Below, piece by piece: positions 61,226-64,000 of a stretch of DNA of 64,000 nucleotides; within the stretch, counting starts at the first letter, position 1; the number at the start of each line of letters is the position of its first letter. The stretch comes from Vicugna vicugna (lineage: Eukaryota), in assembly GCA_013265495.1 (NCBI GenBank), contig MU061578.1:1187308-1251307 (forward strand), given 5' to 3'. Below the pieces are notes generated by a model. That model was not told the DNA's origin. It saw only the letters and a list, made by a program, of their open reading frames with translations, and did no database searches. The position numbers and the translations under genes were made by a program.

Positions 61226-63096
61226 GGATTCAAAGTCTCAGGAGAGAGAACTCCATTGGCCTGCATTGGCCACATCTCCTTGGCTTACTAATTGTTTCCC
61301 CAAGAATGAACACGTGAGGGAAGAGAATTAACCCCAGAAGGACAAGGGAATGCTGCTACCTCAGGGGAGGAATGTTTGCTGACTGCCAACTGTAACAAAC
61401 ATGTGTCCACTCCACCCTCTACGTACCTAGAAACGTGCACAGCCTGAGAAAGGGCTCTCTTAGGCCACGAAAGAGACCTTGCTGTCTAAATGGGACTTGC
61501 CTCTTTCTGCTCCCAAATAGAGGAAACTACAGAATGTCCTATTTACCTGCTTCATGCCCCATTCCCATTCCCTGTCAAGGCTTTTTTTTTTTTTCTCTCT
61601 TTCTTTCTTTTTTTCTGGAATGGTATTTATATCTCAGAAGAACACAGCAGGAAAGTAAGTCCTCACTGAGGCATCAGTCATAGAAATGAGGAGCAGCCAT
61701 GACAAATTAAAACGTCAGCATTATTAGCTGTTTTGCTTGGAAGCTGTCTGATACTGATTTAATGATAAAACAAGAAATGGGACGGATTTACCCTGGAAAA
61801 GGAGAGGACGACTCGGGAAAATGGGTTAAAATTAAAGCAAGGGAAAGAGAGAATAAATATTAGGCCAAGTGTCCTAAATGGAATAACTTTGGAGTCCTCC
61901 TCAGTGGGAGCGTTGAAACGCCTAGGGAGACCCAAAGGAGGACTGATGAATCAGCATGCACTTGAGTTTCAGGATTCAGCGTCAGAGATGTAGGTAGGCG
62001 ACCACCTGTACTTTTTCTCTCCTTAATGGTGCCTCCCCATGAAGTTGGGGGAAATTAAAATCTGAAACTAGTGGGCTGGTTTCTTGATCCATTCTCCTTC
62101 GAACGCATCAAGTAATGGCCTTGGCAAATATTGGGGAGCACGTGAGATCTGTACATAAGACTGTGGAATGCAAGGTCTTGCGAAGATGACATTCTTTTTA
62201 AAAAATGTTCATGTATTTATGAACTTCTCATTTTAGTAGGGAAGCTGCCCTCGGAGATTTTGCTGGTGGTCTGAGTTTCTGCAGTTTCTACAAGTACAGA
62301 GATAATTACTTTGGGATAAACTCCCTTTGGTTGGGGAAAATCACTAAGATGTGACCATTAGTTTTGTAAGATTAAAGCAAGCACTGATCTTTTTTCTTTT
62401 TTCTTTTTCTTGTGCATGTGCACACGGAATCTGCAAAGAGCTGGGCAAGGGACACTGACTGTGAGACCTCTCTCTTAAGTACCCTGCACACTGGGTTTCT
62501 GTTACCTTCTGAGTATTCAGCAAAGCTTTGCAGTCACCAAAGCCTGACTTGAGCTGAGTTTTGGGGATGTTAACAATGTCCATGCTTCCAGAGGACTGGT
62601 TCTGAAGACAAAACAATCTAGACGGCAAGTTGCTAGATCCTGTAAGCAAATAGAATATTCTGGAGCAGATGAAGAGTCTGCAAAGGACAAGACCCATGAC
62701 GCATATGTGGAAAATGTCATCCTTGATGCAGGACCTTGAGAAAAATGATAAATCTATTCTTCTTTTCTAGACGGATGGGGTTCTGAGTCCTTAGGGTCGG
62801 CACAAAAAAATAAGCACTATTTTACTTTGTGTTTCAAAGCCTTGGACCGGCAATCTGTACTGTAAAAGCCATCTCATTTGGGGACAGGAGAAGGTAGTTC
62901 ATGGAAAACCTTTCAAAAGAAGGAATCATTTCTAAAGCGATACAGAGGTTTCTTAAATTATTTGTTTTCATGTAAGATATATTCATGTGCAATAACTTAT
63001 CGATCTTTGATGAGTCCAAGGCCTTTTCTTTTGAGTGTTGATTGAAATCCTTCATCATCTTTCCCACACAAACCTCACCCCCATTTCATAGTCTCT

Positions 63097-63316
63097 AGTA
63101 GAAATCAGCCAACTATGGCCCCAGGGCAAACCTGGCCCACTCACTTGTTCTTGTCAATAAAGTTTTATTGGAACACACCCTTACTCATTCACTTTGTCTA
63201 TGGCTATCTTAGTGCCACAAAGGCAGTGCTGAATAGTTGCAGTAGAAACCACATGGCTGTGAAGCCTACAATAGTCATTATCTGGCCCTTTACAGAAAAA
63301 GTTTGGCAACCTCTGA
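63097..63316. mobile_element. MER58A hAT-Charlie
   Basis: caactatggccc..aataaagttttattggaacac..ttgtctatggct..aatagttgcag..tatctggccctttacagaaaaagtttg.caacc. Confidence 0.9.
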
Positions 63317-64000
63317 TCTGTACTAACAGTCCTGGCTTTGCTTCATGTAAAGTAAGAATTTCAAGCTACAAATGAAAGATTCTGAAGGCAGACCCTTTCC
63401 AGATGTCCGAAGGTTCTTTTCTACTAACGTGTTACTCCTCCCCCTCAAAGCTAATCCAAATAATTTTTGAGACTTGCTTTCACAGACTGTTTCCCAAGCA
63501 TTAACTTAGTTTTCATAGAAACAGCTCTTTTTCTTATTGCACTCATTTTTCACCAGTTTACATAATATTCTGCTAAATAATGTAATTACAGTAACAAGTG
63601 CAGCTGGCAGAAGCAGGTCTGGGAATAAATACAGCTGACTCTTGGCAAACAGACCCCACAGCAGGTGAAGAGGAAGGTGAGGTTGTACAGAACAGTCACA
63701 TCACAGGATGGCGGGGCATCTGTCAATGTGTTTTAGAAAGGGACAGGATGCTATGTGTTAATCTGGCAGGTTTCATAAGTGGACGCCGATTTGGTTAGCT
63801 TCCTCCATCCATGTCCTTTTACAAAGCATCTCTCATTTCAGGAATCTACCAGTTTTACAGGTATCATGTTGTCATGGTTATTTGACCCATGCTCATCTTC
63901 TCCACTAGCTTGTAAGGGTTAGGAGAGTGGGAACCGTGGGTTTTGGTATACCATTCTTTCCCCACCACCTGGCATGGGCATTGGCATACGGTCCATGATC

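Noticed and set aside
1..64000. CRISPR arrays, operons, rRNA/tRNA/snRNA genes, processed pseudogenes or endogenous viral ORFs
   Set aside because: None seen; tRNA-like boxes belong to MIR heads and all LTRs appear to be solo LTRs without internal coding sequence

Overview
Eutherian mammalian genomic DNA, mostly intronic or intergenic and rich in old repeats (MIR, L2, L1M, MLT1/ERVL-MaLR LTRs, hAT MER elements). It also holds three younger 5'-truncated L1 3' ends. Their 3'UTR looks artiodactyl and most resembles camelid L1 as I recall it; I saw no Alu, B1/B2, Bov-tA/BovB, PRE1, CHR or SINEC copies. No complete protein-coding gene is visible, and the only ORFs with recognisable protein similarity are L1 ORF2 remnants. 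The main non-repeat feature is a CpG-island promoter at about 42.0-42.8 kb, inside a repeat-poor, CpG-retaining domain of about 36-44 kb. Minus-strand splice signals there suggest the 5' end of a large gene transcribed leftwards: a donor at 42758/42762, an acceptor at 41718, and a small exon ending ATG ATG ATG TAT TTG TGG|GTAGGT. I cannot name the gene. Several unique, homeodomain-motif-rich blocks look like conserved non-coding enhancers. I found no evidence for a novel biological system. The best leads are this 5' architecture, a candidate 144-nt cassette exon and a multi-layer nested transposon stack. Repeat subfamily names come from recalled consensus sequences, not alignments, and boundaries are approximate.
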